Shown: in pieces, positions 1 through 13,893 of the stretch
Position numbering within the stretch: the stretch's first letter is position 1
How the letters are laid out: each line of letters begins with the position of its first letter
Source of the DNA: Mycobacterium sp.
Lineage (GTDB): Bacteria > Actinomycetota > Actinomycetes > Mycobacteriales > Mycobacteriaceae
Direction: 5' to 3'
Length of the DNA: 64,000 bases
NCBI RefSeq assembly: GCF_047975165.1
Contig: NZ_JBKECZ010000118.1
Span: 4,909-68,908 of the forward strand
Notes under the pieces: model-generated
Seen by the model: only the letters and a program-made list of their open reading frames with translations
Databases searched by the model: none
Told to the model about the DNA's origin: nothing
Translations under genes and position numbers: made by a program

Positions 1-166
1 CGTCATCATGGGAGATGACGACCGCATTGGTGTGGTTGGCGCGAACGCCCTTCGGCTCACCGCTGTCGTCCTTGCGCCGGTCGGCGGGATCGTCAATCCG
101 GCTGGTGAGCCATACAGCTGTTGCCTCAGCAGTCGGCTGCCGGTCAACGATTGCGAACCCGAGCAT
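1..166 (-). CDS. possible 5' end of an unidentified CDS running off the left edge
   Basis: ATG at 166 (minus strand) opens a frame reading MLGFAIVDRQPTAEATAVWLTSRIDDPADRRKDDSGEPKGVRANHTNAVVISHDD with no stop up to position 1. Third codon positions are mostly G/C. No family is recognised, and it is absent from the ORF track because it has no stop in the window. Confidence 0.25.
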   Translation of the reverse strand, partial: MLGFAIVDRQPTAEATAVWLTSRIDDPADRRKDDSGEPKGVRANHTNAVVISHDD

Positions 167-328
167 GGCTCTCCGTCCCGTTGAAGCCCTGGGGCCAACG
201 GTAGGCCATTGCGGGTGCCGATCGCGGCTTGCCCGCTGCGACTGTTTCACCGGAATCGCTGATGTGCGCCCGACTCCGAACGTCGGCCGATCCCCGGGGG
301 ACCTCCCGTCAGACGTCTTCTTCCCGGC

Positions 329-2284
<1,956 letters not shown>

Positions 2285-2339
2285 TTAGCGCGGTCGGCGC
2301 CCGGGCCAAAACCCCGCGGCGTGCCCCCGCTCAGCCCCC

Positions 2340-2420
2340 CTCGCCCTCGCCCCCCGCCGTTCGCCCCCCCCCGCTCGCCCCCCGCCGCTCGCCCCCCGCC
2401 GCTCGCCCCCCGCCGCTCGC
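2340..2420. repeat. tandem 14-bp C-run repeat (CCGCTCGCCCCCCG; G-runs on the minus strand)
   Basis: Three perfect copies lie at 2371-2384, 2385-2398 and 2399-2412. Degenerate copies flank them on both sides. The array lies in the leuA/ask divergent intergenic region. Confidence 0.85.
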
Positions 2421-2435
2421 GGCTCGCCGCCGAGT

Positions 2436-2543
2436 GTGACACCACTGTCACGGTCGCCGCCGTAGGTGACTGTGGTGTCACGTTCGAGGGGTGGGGGTGG
2501 GGTTGGAGCTGCGGTCGCCGCCGTAGGTGACTGTGGTGTCACG
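2436..2543. repeat. interspersed palindromic repeat copies (GTGAC-N6-GTCAC core), including a 31-bp direct repeat x2
   Basis: GTGACACCACTGTCAC lies at 2436-2451. GGTCGCCGCCGTAGGTGACTGTGGTGTCACG occurs identically at 2452-2482 and 2513-2543. The core GACTGTGG-GTCACGCTCG is shared with the array at 18900-19153. Confidence 0.85.
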
Positions 2544-2648
2544 CTCGCGGGAAATCGAGATGCGCCGCCCCGTATCCTGGTGGGGACTTGAACGGAGTAC
2601 CCCCGAACTCCGGCCCCCGGCCCCCGGCCCCGAGACAGGAACATTGCA

Positions 2649-3914
2649 GTGGCGCTCGTCGTGCAGAAGTACGGCGGATCGTCGGTGTCCGACGCCGACC
2701 GGATCCGCCGTGTCGCCGAGCGGATCGTCGAGACCAAGAGGCAGGGCAACGACGTGGTGGTTGTCGTTTCGGCGATGGGTGACACCACCGACGAGCTGCT
2801 CGACCTGGCCCAGCAGGTCTGCCCCGCCCCGCCGGCCCGCGAACTGGACATGCTGCTGACAGCGGGTGAGCGGATCTCCAATGCGCTGGTGGCGATGGCG
2901 ATCGAATCGCTGGGCGCCCATGCCCGCTCGTTCACCGGTTCGCAGGCCGGGGTGATCACCACCGGAACCCACGGCAACGCCAAGATCATCGATGTCACAC
3001 CGGGCCGGGTGCGGGCCGCGCTGGACGAGGGGCGAGTCGTCCTGGTCGCCGGATTCCAGGGGGTCAGCCAGGACACCCGCGACGTCACCACTTTGGGTCG
3101 GGGCGGCTCGGACACCACCGCCGTCGCTCTGGCATCCGCGCTGGGGGCCGACGTGTGTGAGATCTATACCGATGTGGACGGCATTTTCAGCGCGGATCCC
3201 CGGATCGTGCCCAACGCCCGCAAGCTGGCCACCGTTACGTTCGAGGAGATGCTCGAAATGGCGGCCTGCGGCGCCAAGGTGCTCATGCTGCGCTGCGTCG
3301 AATACGCCCGCCGCTACAACCTCCCGGTGCACGTCAGGTCGTCGTATTCGGACAAGCCGGGCACCGTCGTCACCGGATCGATCAAGGACATATCCATGGA
3401 AGACCCCATTCTGACTGGCGTTGCCCACGACCGCAGCGAAGCCAAGGTGACCGTCGTCGGCATTCCCGACATCCCCGGCTACGCCGCCCAGGTGTTCCGG
3501 GCCGTCGCCGACGCCGACGTGAACATCGACATGGTGCTGCAGAACGTCTCCAAGGTCGAGGACGGCAAGACCGACATCACGTTCACCTGCTCGCGTGACA
3601 GCAGACCGACAGCGGTGGCCAAGCTGGAGTCGCTCCAGGACGAGATCGGCTTCGCCCAGTTGCTCTATGACGACCGCGTGGGCAAGGTGTCGCTGATCGG
3701 TGCGGGCATGCGCAGCCACCCCGGTGTGACGGCGACGTTCTGCGAGGCGCTGGCCGCCGTGGGTGTCAACATCGAGCTGATCTCCACCTCCGAGATCCGG
3801 ATCTCCGTGCTGTGCCGCGACACCGAGCTGGACAAGGCCGTGGTGGCATTGCACGAGGCATTCGAGCTCGGTGGCGACGAGGCGGCGACGGTCTACGCGG
3901 GGACGGGCCGGTAG
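2649..3914 (+). CDS. ask: aspartate kinase
   Basis: 421 aa with a GTG start. The N-terminus is [13 protein letters not shown], and there is an amino-acid-kinase domain plus two C-terminal ACT regions. Its stop is immediately followed by the asd ATG. Confidence 0.95.
   Translation: MALVVQKYGGSSVSDADRIRRVAERIVETKRQGNDVVVVVSAMGDTTDELLDLAQQVCPAPPARELDMLLTAGERISNALVAMAIESLGAHARSFTGSQAGVITTGTHGNAKIIDVTPGRVRAALDEGRVVLVAGFQGVSQDTRDVTTLGRGGSDTTAVALASALGADVCEIYTDVDGIFSADPRIVPNARKLATVTFEEMLEMAACGAKVLMLRCVEYARRYNLPVHVRSSYSDKPGTVVTGSIKDISMEDPILTGVAHDRSEAKVTVVGIPDIPGYAAQVFRAVADADVNIDMVLQNVSKVEDGKTDITFTCSRDSRPTAVAKLESLQDEIGFAQLLYDDRVGKVSLIGAGMRSHPGVTATFCEALAAVGVNIELISTSEIRISVLCRDTELDKAVVALHEAFELGGDEAATVYAGTGR
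3396..3914 (+). CDS. ask: probable in-frame internal start for the aspartate kinase beta subunit
   Basis: In-frame ATG at 3396 ([20 protein letters not shown]...) preceded by AAGGAC. It would give about 172 aa covering the ACT domains. Nested alpha/beta subunit expression is established for corynebacterial and mycobacterial ask/lysC. Confidence 0.5.
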   Translation: MEDPILTGVAHDRSEAKVTVVGIPDIPGYAAQVFRAVADADVNIDMVLQNVSKVEDGKTDITFTCSRDSRPTAVAKLESLQDEIGFAQLLYDDRVGKVSLIGAGMRSHPGVTATFCEALAAVGVNIELISTSEIRISVLCRDTELDKAVVALHEAFELGGDEAATVYAGTGR

Positions 3915-4961
<1,047 letters not shown>

Positions 4962-5074
4962 TCGTCCGACGCGCGCCGATGCGACGGGATGGCCGCCGGC
5001 GGCCGACCGGCTGACGGCTGAACTCACAGCGGTTACATAGCCTGCGCAAAGCCGCCGCCGAGGGCGGATCGTTC

Positions 5075-5503
5075 ATGATGGGTGCCATGAGTGAAGATCC
5101 CGCGACCCCGACGCCCTCCACAACCCCGATGTCCTCCACAGTGGTAGCACGGCCGCCGGCCCAGCAGACTCCCAAACTCTTCAAGGTGGCGGCCTGGGTG
5201 GTGATCGTCGCCGGCATCGTCTTCATCGCGAGCACCGTGTTCTTCGCCGGCGCGATGGCCGCGGGTGGCTGGAAGTGCCAGCACCACCGGCATCACCACC
5301 CGCACGGCATGTTCCACCCCGGCGGCCCCGGCTGGCAGTCGCACTTCCCGGGCGCCCCGCACCCGGGCATGATGCCCGGTGCCCCCGGAGATCCAGGCGC
5401 CCCGGATGGTTCCGGTGCGCCCGCCGCCGTCCCGCCCGCCGCGCATCCGTCACCGGGTGAACCCGCCCCAACCACACCCGGCAGTCCGCCGCGGGTTCCC
5501 TGA
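5075..5503 (+). CDS. Pro/His-rich small membrane protein
   Basis: 142 aa with one clear TM helix (FKVAAWVVIVAGIVFIASTVFFAGAM), then HHRHHHPH and a PG-rich tail. By position it is equivalent to the conserved proline-rich protein downstream of asd in H37Rv (from memory). The start among the first Met codons is uncertain. Confidence 0.6.
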   Translation: MMGAMSEDPATPTPSTTPMSSTVVARPPAQQTPKLFKVAAWVVIVAGIVFIASTVFFAGAMAAGGWKCQHHRHHHPHGMFHPGGPGWQSHFPGAPHPGMMPGAPGDPGAPDGSGAPAAVPPAAHPSPGEPAPTTPGSPPRVP

Positions 5504-5572
5504 GGGCTGCGAGCCGATGTTGGTTCGGTTAGCCGTATTGGCTTTTGACTTCGACCTGGCATGATCGAGTCC

Positions 5573-6001
5573 ATGAGCATCCAAGTCCTCTACACCACTT
5601 CTTCCACGGCAACGGGTGGCGGCCGCGACGGCCGGGTGAAATCCGACGACGGCCGCATCGACATGCAAACCCGTCCGCCGAAGGAGATGGGCGGCAGCGG
5701 CGAGGGCACCAACCCGGAGCAGCTGTTCGCCGCCGGATACGCGGGGTGCTTCCTCAGCGCGCTCCGTCTGGTCGCGGGTAGTGCGAAGGTCAAACTCGAT
5801 GATCGCACCAGTGTCAGCGTCGAGGTTGGGCTCGGCAAGGATTCCGCGGGCGGATTCGGGCTGACCGCGAAGGTTGCCGGGTACCTGCCGGGTCTGGAAC
5901 ACAGTGTCGCCGAGGACTTGGTTCACAAAGCCCACCAGGTGTGCCCGTATTCGAAGGCCACCCGGGGCAACGTGGATGTAGACGTCTCAGCCAGCGTCTG
6001 A
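5573..6001 (+). CDS. ohr: organic hydroperoxide resistance protein (OsmC/Ohr family)
   Basis: It has the Ohr-type N-terminus MSIQVLYTTSSTATGGGRDG and the two conserved Cys contexts AGYAGCF and HQVCPYS. An alternative ATG lies at 5561. Confidence 0.85.
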   Translation: MSIQVLYTTSSTATGGGRDGRVKSDDGRIDMQTRPPKEMGGSGEGTNPEQLFAAGYAGCFLSALRLVAGSAKVKLDDRTSVSVEVGLGKDSAGGFGLTAKVAGYLPGLEHSVAEDLVHKAHQVCPYSKATRGNVDVDVSASV

Positions 6002-6052
6002 CCCCACGGCCAGCCCAGGTTCGCGGTATCGAAGGAGAGGGGCGAGGGGCAG

Positions 6053-7585
6053 TTGGCGGCATCCCCGGCTTACGTCGCAGCCATCGACCAGGGCACCACC
6101 AGCAGCCGCTGCATAATCTTCGATCACGACGGAACCGAAGTGGCCCGTCATCAACTCGAGCACGAGCAGATCATGCCCCGCGCCGGCTGGGTCGAGCACA
6201 ACCCGATCGAGATTTGGGAACGCACCGCGTCGGCATTGATGACGGCCATGAATTCCTCCGGGGTCGCGCCGAAAGATCTGGCAGCACTTGGCATCACCAA
6301 CCAGCGGGAGACGACGCTGGTATGGAACAGGCGCACCGGACGGCCCTACTGCAACGCGATCGTCTGGCAGGACACCCGCACCGACCGGATCGCCGCTGCG
6401 CTGGATCGCGACGGAGGCGGTGAGGTGATCCGCCGCAAGGCGGGTCTGCCCCCAGCGACGTATTTCTCGGGCGGGAAGTTGCAGTGGATCCTGGAGAACG
6501 TCGAGGGAGTGCGCCGGGACGCCGAATCCGGCGACGCGCTGTTCGGCACCCCCGACTCCTGGGTGCTGTGGAACCTGACCGGCGGGACGCGGGGCGGCGT
6601 GCACGCGACCGATGTGACCAACGCCAGCAGGACCATGCTGATGAACCTGGAGACTCTGGATTGGGACGACGACCTACTCGAGCTCTTCTCCATACCCCGT
6701 CGGATGCTACCGAAAATCGAATCATCCTCTCCAATGGACCCTTTCGGTGTTACCGCAGGAGCCGGTCCGGTTGGCGGGGAGGTGCCCGTCACCGGCATGC
6801 TCGGCGACCAGCATGCGGCGATGGTGGGTCAGGTGTGCCTGGGTCCCGGCGAGGCCAAGAACACCTACGGCACCGGCAACTTCTTGTTGCTGAACACCGG
6901 TGAGAAGATCGTCCGGTCGGACAGCGGGCTGCTGACCACCCTCTGCTACCAGTTCGGGACCGCGAAACCAGTTTATGCACTTGAGGGTTCGATAGCGGTG
7001 ACGGGATCCGCGGTGCAATGGCTGCGGGATCAACTCGGCGTTATCGGGGGTGCCACCGAGAGCGAGGCGTTGGCGCGGCAGGTGGCCGACAACGGCGGCG
7101 TGTACTTTGTACCGGCCTTCTCCGGGCTGTTCGCGCCCTACTGGCGCTCCGATGCGCGCGGTGCGATTGTCGGGCTGTCGCGGTTCAACACCAATGCCCA
7201 TTTGGCCCGCGCCACACTCGAGGCGATCTGCTACCAGAGCCGCGATGTAGTGGACGCGATGGCAGCCGATTCGGGTGTGCGCCTGGAGGTGTTGAAGGTC
7301 GACGGCGGGATCACCGCGAATGACCTCTGCATGCAGATTCAGGCCGATGTTCTGGGGGTCGACGTCGTGCGTCCGGTAGTCGCCGAAACCACCGCACTCG
7401 GGGCGGCCTACGCGGCCGGTCTCGCGGTGGGTTTCTGGGCCGACCCGTCGGACCTGCGAGCCAATTGGCAGGAGGGCGCGCGGTGGACACCGAACTGGAA
7501 CGACGATCAGCGTGCGGCCGGGTATGCAGGCTGGCGCAAGGCGGTGCAGCGGACCCTGGACTGGGTTGACGTCGAGAGCACATAG
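6053..7585 (+). CDS. glpK: glycerol kinase
   Basis: 510 aa in the FGGY kinase family ([38 protein letters not shown]). TTG start, with GAAGGAGAGG upstream. Confidence 0.95.
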   Translation: MAASPAYVAAIDQGTTSSRCIIFDHDGTEVARHQLEHEQIMPRAGWVEHNPIEIWERTASALMTAMNSSGVAPKDLAALGITNQRETTLVWNRRTGRPYCNAIVWQDTRTDRIAAALDRDGGGEVIRRKAGLPPATYFSGGKLQWILENVEGVRRDAESGDALFGTPDSWVLWNLTGGTRGGVHATDVTNASRTMLMNLETLDWDDDLLELFSIPRRMLPKIESSSPMDPFGVTAGAGPVGGEVPVTGMLGDQHAAMVGQVCLGPGEAKNTYGTGNFLLLNTGEKIVRSDSGLLTTLCYQFGTAKPVYALEGSIAVTGSAVQWLRDQLGVIGGATESEALARQVADNGGVYFVPAFSGLFAPYWRSDARGAIVGLSRFNTNAHLARATLEAICYQSRDVVDAMAADSGVRLEVLKVDGGITANDLCMQIQADVLGVDVVRPVVAETTALGAAYAAGLAVGFWADPSDLRANWQEGARWTPNWNDDQRAAGYAGWRKAVQRTLDWVDVEST

Positions 7586-7672
7586 ATTTTCCGGATTTCC
7601 CGGATTTCCCGGGCGCTCTGAGCCGGGCGTGATGACGCGGGTGGAGATCCCGGCCGCCGACGGCCTCGGGTT

Positions 7673-8560
7673 CTAATCCGGTGGTGCGAATCCTCCAGTG
7701 TCGGGCTCCCGGCGTGGCCGGGATGGGTGAGCCGACGGTCGGTGAGGAACAGGCGGCGGCCAACCGGGAATCGGTGGCGGGGCAGGGGGATACACGGCAG
7801 CGGCCGCGGGTGGTCCGGAGGAGCGTGTCAGCCGCGCAAGCTCGCGGCGATGCCGCTCTGCAAGTACCGCGGCGAGCACCAGCTGTGGCGGTACGCCGGG
7901 CGGAGGTGGTGGAGCGATGTGCGAAGCCACATCCCCGGCGATCCGATAGGCAATCCGATCTCGCACCCTTGAGTCCAGTTGTGTTGCCCGGGACAGGAAC
8001 TGACGGGCAATCTCGGCTTGTGCAGGGGTGAGCCCGGACAACTGCAGCGCTGAGGCCCAGCCGGCCAGCTGCGGTGGCATCGGCGGCAGCGGTGCGAGAT
8101 GTGGACCGCGTTCGCTCACCACGATCGTTCCGGCGAATATGTCGCCGATCCGCTTGCCTTTCCGGGACAACAAACTGCAGATTACCGCGGGGCTTCCGAA
8201 CATCATCCAGATCTCGATCACACCGGCCAGCGCCCGGAATAGTGCCTGGCGGAAGCGTTCCGGGCCGCCGTCATCAGAGACAACTCGTAGGCCCATCGCG
8301 ATCTTGCCGAGGGATCGCCCCCGAGTGGCGGTTTCGATGGTCACCGGGAGACCGACCATCGCCAGGGCGGTGAAGACGATCAGGACCGCGACGGTCAATG
8401 CTTCGTCGAATTGGGACAGCGACGCCGCCCACAAGAGGAGTCCCAGGACGTAGGCGATGAAGACCACGGTGATGTCGATGATTGCGCTCACCGCACGCAC
8501 CGGCAGTTGCGCGATCTGCACGTCGAGCACCACGGCGTCCCCGGTCACCACAGCCGACAT
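7673..8560 (-). CDS. RDD-family membrane protein
   Basis: 295 aa. The N-terminal RDD-type module has three TM helices, followed by a Pro-rich C-terminal tail. It is divergent from the SpoIIM-like gene. Confidence 0.75.
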   Translation of the reverse strand: MSAVVTGDAVVLDVQIAQLPVRAVSAIIDITVVFIAYVLGLLLWAASLSQFDEALTVAVLIVFTALAMVGLPVTIETATRGRSLGKIAMGLRVVSDDGGPERFRQALFRALAGVIEIWMMFGSPAVICSLLSRKGKRIGDIFAGTIVVSERGPHLAPLPPMPPQLAGWASALQLSGLTPAQAEIARQFLSRATQLDSRVRDRIAYRIAGDVASHIAPPPPPGVPPQLVLAAVLAERHRRELARLTRSSGPPAAAAVYPPAPPPIPGWPPPVPHRPSAHPSRPRREPDTGGFAPPD

Positions 8561-8630
8561 ACCTGGGAACGCTACAGGTGAGCGGGGCGGCGACCCGCTG
8601 CGCCTCGGCTGCGCCAGATAGTCTGCGGAG

Positions 8631-9623
8631 GTGGACGTCGACGCCTTCCTGCTGGCCCACCGCGGCGCCTGGGATCGGCTCGAGTATCTGATCGACCACC
8701 GGCGGTCGCTCTCCGGCGCTCAGATCGACGAACTCGTGGACCTCTACCAGAGGGTGTCGACGCACCTGTCGATTCTGCGGTCGACGGCATCGGATTCCAC
8801 TGTGATAGCCCAGCTTTCGGGCCTGGTCGCCCGGGCCCGCTCGGCGGTCACCGGCGCATACGCTCCGAAGGGCAGTACGTTCGTCCGATTCTGGACGGTC
8901 TCGTTCCCGGTGGTCGCCTACCGGAGCCGATGGTGGTGGCTGGCGACCGCGTTGGCCTTCTTCGCTGTCGTCGTGGCCATGGCGTTCTGGGTTGCCGGAA
9001 GCCCGGAGGTGCAGTCGCTCGTCGGCACGCCGGCGGAAATCGACGAACTGATCAATCACGACGTCGAGTCCTATTACAGCGCTCACCCCGCGGGTGCATT
9101 CGCCCTGCAGGTCTGGGTGAACAATTCCTGGGTAGCGGCCAAGTGCGTCGCGATGTCGGTCCTGCTGGGTTTGCCGATACCCTTCGTGCTGTTGGAGAAC
9201 GCCGCGAATGTCGCGGTGATCGCCGGCCTGATGTTCGGCGCCGGCAAGGGCGGCCTGCTGCTGGGTCTGCTGCTGCCCCACGGGCTACTGGAGCTGACCG
9301 CGGTGTTCCTGGCGGCGGCGAGCGGGATGCGGCTGGGCTGGTCGGTGATCTCACCAGGCGACCGGCCACGCGCACAGGCTCTGGCCGAGGAAGGCCGCGC
9401 GACCGTTTCGGTTGCCATCGGCCTGGTGGCGGTCCTGCTGGCCTCGGGACTGATCGAGGCGCTGGTGACGCCGTCACCGCTACCGGCATTCGCCCGCATC
9501 GCCATCGGCATCGCCGCAGAGATGTTGTTCCTGGCCTACGTCATCCACTTCGGCCGGCGCGGGGTCGCCGCGGGGGAGTCCGGCGACATGGAGGACGCAC
9601 CGGACGTCGTCCCCACCGGCTGA
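8631..9623 (+). CDS. stage II sporulation protein M-like (DUF95) integral membrane protein
   Basis: 330 aa. A cytoplasmic helical N-domain is followed by multiple TM helices, including the LLPHGLLELTAVFLAAASG motif typical of SpoIIM/DUF95 proteins. Confidence 0.75.
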   Translation: MDVDAFLLAHRGAWDRLEYLIDHRRSLSGAQIDELVDLYQRVSTHLSILRSTASDSTVIAQLSGLVARARSAVTGAYAPKGSTFVRFWTVSFPVVAYRSRWWWLATALAFFAVVVAMAFWVAGSPEVQSLVGTPAEIDELINHDVESYYSAHPAGAFALQVWVNNSWVAAKCVAMSVLLGLPIPFVLLENAANVAVIAGLMFGAGKGGLLLGLLLPHGLLELTAVFLAAASGMRLGWSVISPGDRPRAQALAEEGRATVSVAIGLVAVLLASGLIEALVTPSPLPAFARIAIGIAAEMLFLAYVIHFGRRGVAAGESGDMEDAPDVVPTG

Positions 9624-9628
9624 GCAGC

Positions 9629-9686
9629 GCGAGTGTGAATTCTGCGACGCGACACGCCGTTGGGGCGTCGTGAGATTCACACTCGG
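9629..9686. terminator. long imperfect hairpin between convergent genes
   Basis: GCGAGTGTGAATTCT...AGATTCACACTCGGC forms the outer arms, with an inner GC-rich stem. It lies between the stops at 9623 (+) and 9695 (-). Confidence 0.3.
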
Positions 9687-9694
9687 CGTCCCGT

Positions 9695-11017
9695 TTAGAG
9701 CTTGCCGGTCATCTTCATGGCCAGGTACCGGTCGGCAAGCTCGGGGGCGATCTGCGACGGCGGCGCGTCGAGCACTTCCACCCCGCTGCGACGAAGCCGG
9801 GATGCGATCCCCCGGCGTTCGTTGCGGGAGCGTTCGGCTGCCGCAGCGTCGTAGATCGCCGCCGCGTCCGAGCGTCCGGCGGCCAGCTGGTCGACCCGCG
9901 GGTCGGCGATGGCTGCGACCAGCACGTGGTGGCGGGCCGATAGCTGCGGAAGCGCCGGCAGCAGGCCCTCATCGAGCGCGGCCGGGTTTAGATCGGTGAG
10001 CAGCACCACCAGACAACGCCGCCGGATACGCCGCAGGAGGGCGGTAGTCATTGCCCGCCAGTCGGATTCGATCAACTCCGGTTGCAGTGGGGCCATCGCC
10101 TCGACCAGCGTTGCCAACAACTCGGTGCGCGAAGCGCCGAACACTGCGGCCCTGGCGATCCGGTCGTGGGCGAGGAAGTCGACGTGGTCGCCGGCCCGTG
10201 TCGCCAGCGCCGCCAGCAGCAGTGCGGCATCCATCGCCCAATCCAGTCGCGGCCAACCGGCGGGGTCGGCGGCCGTCGGGTCTACGCCGACCCGCCCCGC
10301 CGCCATGCGTCCGGTATCGAGCACGACCACCACCCGCCGATCCCGCTCCGGCCGCCAGGTGCGGACCATTACCTCGGTGCGACGGGCGCTCGCGCGCCAG
10401 TCGATCGACCTGACATCGTCTCCTACGACGTATTCGCGAAGCGAGTCGAATTCGGTGCCCTGACCCCGGATCAGAGTGGGCAGCAGGCCGTCGATCTCCT
10501 GCAACTTGGCCAGTCGAGAGGGCAGGTGCTTGCGCGACAGGAATGGCGGCAGAACCCGGAGATGCCCGGCGACCGGTTGCGAGCGCTGCCGCCCGGCAAG
10601 ACCGAGCGGGCCGATCGATCGCGCCGTGACCTCCGCCGCATGCTGGTCGCCGCGGCGAATCGGATGCAACCGGCCGATCACCACCCGGCTTTGGCCGGGG
10701 CCGATAACGAGATGGTGTGCCCGCGGTTCGCAGCGGGCGCTGGGAGGCCACGCATCGCGCACCTGGCCGCGGAACGGGCGCCGGCCGTCGTTGTGGATCC
10801 GCAGACCGGCATCAACGGACTGCCCCAGCCGGATCGAACCATCGGGGAAACGGGTGTAGCGAAGTCTGCGGGGATTGGCCGAAAATGCCACGTCGACGGC
10901 CACCAGGGCCGTCAGGGTCAACAGAAATACCTCGAAAGTCAGTGCGGGCCGTGCGGATGCGGCGACAGGCACAACGAGGATAAGCGCCAGCAGTCCGCAT
11001 CGCCCGGTCAGCGCCAT
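9695..11017 (-). CDS. DUF58 (vWA-like) domain protein
   Basis: 440 aa with two N-terminal TM helices and the DUF58 signature GTEFDSLREYVVGDDVRSIDWRASAR. It lies directly downstream of a MoxR ATPase, the usual pairing. Confidence 0.85.
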   Translation of the reverse strand: MALTGRCGLLALILVVPVAASARPALTFEVFLLTLTALVAVDVAFSANPRRLRYTRFPDGSIRLGQSVDAGLRIHNDGRRPFRGQVRDAWPPSARCEPRAHHLVIGPGQSRVVIGRLHPIRRGDQHAAEVTARSIGPLGLAGRQRSQPVAGHLRVLPPFLSRKHLPSRLAKLQEIDGLLPTLIRGQGTEFDSLREYVVGDDVRSIDWRASARRTEVMVRTWRPERDRRVVVVLDTGRMAAGRVGVDPTAADPAGWPRLDWAMDAALLLAALATRAGDHVDFLAHDRIARAAVFGASRTELLATLVEAMAPLQPELIESDWRAMTTALLRRIRRRCLVVLLTDLNPAALDEGLLPALPQLSARHHVLVAAIADPRVDQLAAGRSDAAAIYDAAAAERSRNERRGIASRLRRSGVEVLDAPPSQIAPELADRYLAMKMTGKL

Positions 11018-11093
11018 CGATGCCGCACTTCGAAGAGGGCTGACAATATCCTCACCGCTTGGCTTTGCGCCGCACCGTCGATTTCCCGGCGCA

Positions 11094-12070
<977 letters not shown>

Positions 12071-12074
<4 letters not shown>

Positions 12075-13258
12075 GAGCGGGCGACCTGCCTTTCGATGTC
12101 GTCTAGTGCCAGAGCGAGTCGGTGCAATTCGGTGTCGTCGGTGGGGGGCGGGCCGTAGAGCTGGTCCCGAATGAACTCGGCGGGGGCCCCGCAGCGCTGG
12201 GCGACCGTCATCGTGACGGTGGCGGGTGCGGTGTCGGGGCCGAGTCCGAGCCGCGGCGCCAATCTTTGCAGCGTAGCGGTGCGCAGTGCCTCGGCGGCGC
12301 GGTCGCGGGCCCGCCGTGACCGGTAGAGGCGGCCCCTGCCCTCCACGGTTTCCGATGCGCGGACGACGACGGGCAACTCCTCGGCCACCAGCGGACCGAG
12401 CCGTCGGGCCTTCCACACAGCCACCAGTGCGACGACCAGGCACAGCTGCCAGAGGATCCAGGTCACGTTTTCTGGAATCAGGTCGAGAATCGATTCCGAC
12501 GCGCTGTTGCGCCCCTCGATGCGCTGGGGGGCGAACCAGACGAGGCGGGCCCGGGCGCCCGCGAGGTTCATCGCCAGCGCGGCGTTGCCCTGATCGAGCA
12601 GGCCGTCGTTGGTCATGAAGTGGTTGCTGCCCACGACGGTGATGGAACGCCCAGTGGGATTGGCGGGGTCGGCGGGATCGGCGGGGTCGTGATAGCGGAC
12701 CAAGGCCCCGCCGTAGCAACTGACCGCGTCCACATCGTCTTTGGTCCGATACGCGTGACTTGGTCCGAACTTCACCGTGCCGGCCCGGATAGCTTGAGGT
12801 AGCGGGCAATTCGGTTCGATATCGAACTGTTCCGCAGGCCCGGCGCGCAACGCCGGTGTCAGTGCTCTACGCGCACGGGCAGTGGGATCCACCAGCAGGA
12901 GGTCACCCGGTGTGTGCGCCAGCCGGTCGAGCAGGCTGTTGTCGGGGAGCCGCTGCGTGTGCGCCACCAGCAGCAGCGTGCCGGGGCGTGCGGCGCGTTC
13001 GGCGTCGGCGACGGTTTTGGCGACGACAACGTCCACGCCGGCGTCCCGCAGTAGCGACACCAGTGCGTGGGCCCCCGATGCGCCGGTGGACTCGGGATCC
13101 AGCAAGCCCCCGGGGCGCGGCGCCGTGAAATAGGTGGAGATGAAGGTGATGGCGACGATCGCGACGAACGCCAAAAAGACTGTCCGCAGCGGACGTCGCC
13201 GCCGCACAGCACCGGATCGGGGTGCGGGGAATGCCGTCCTCACCGGACCGGCACCCAC
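12071..13258 (-). CDS. DUF4350-like membrane-anchored protein
   Basis: 395 aa. It has an N-terminal TM helix, an extracytoplasmic domain and a second TM helix (ILWQLCLVVALVAVW), then a cytoplasmic tail. It is translationally coupled to moxR. Confidence 0.7.
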
Positions 13259-13884
13259 GAGGCTGGTGTTGGCGGCCGTGCTGGGACCGAAGTGGAACCC
13301 GGATGCGAACGCAGGTGCGCATCAAGGCCCGCGATCATCTCGTAGGAGCTCCGAGTTCCGGGTTGCTGGCCATAGGCAACATCATTGAAAATACCTGCTG
13401 CCCGGTGTAATTCACGTCTGAGGCGCGGAAATATTGCGCCGGCGTCGTTGGCTAATTCGATGGCGGTGCGGCCCGGTGCCGCAGTCAACACCCGGTCTTC
13501 CTCGAGTCCACGAGCCACCGCGCGTAGCCTGTGTCGGATTGCCGCATTCCAATTACATTCTGCTGCACAGTGTTCGGCAGCTATTCGATACTGGGCCGCG
13601 GTGAGCTGCCCGTTGTCGAACAGAGCGTGGCCGTTGCGCGTGTGTATGGTGCGTCGTGCGATGCCAAGGGCCGTCGCCACCGCGGCCGTAACCAGTAGGA
13701 GCAGCGCCGTGATGGTGAACCACTGGCCCGGTACTGTCGAGATCTGCTGCAACAGCTGGGTCAGCAATTCGTTGAGCTTGTCGACGATCCCGTCCCGCAC
13801 GCCCTGCCTGGGATAGATCGGTTTGGCCAACTCGCGCTGGGCTGCGTCGTGGGCGGTATCGCGGTCGATGTCGATGAAGGGCAC
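13240..13884 (-). CDS. DUF4129-like membrane protein
   Basis: 214 aa with one TM helix (WFTITALLLLVTAAVATALGI) followed by a helical domain. It overlaps the start of the next gene by 19 nt. Confidence 0.65.
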   Translation of the reverse strand: MPFIDIDRDTAHDAAQRELAKPIYPRQGVRDGIVDKLNELLTQLLQQISTVPGQWFTITALLLLVTAAVATALGIARRTIHTRNGHALFDNGQLTAAQYRIAAEHCAAECNWNAAIRHRLRAVARGLEEDRVLTAAPGRTAIELANDAGAIFPRLRRELHRAAGIFNDVAYGQQPGTRSSYEMIAGLDAHLRSHPGSTSVPARPPTPASWVPVR

Positions 13885-13893
13885 GGGTATTCC

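Noticed and set aside
7586-7615. 9-bp tandem repeat CCGGATTTC x2.5 right after the glpK stop.
   Set aside because: It is a very short slippage-type repeat in a convergent terminator region, and no further structure or coding potential is evident.
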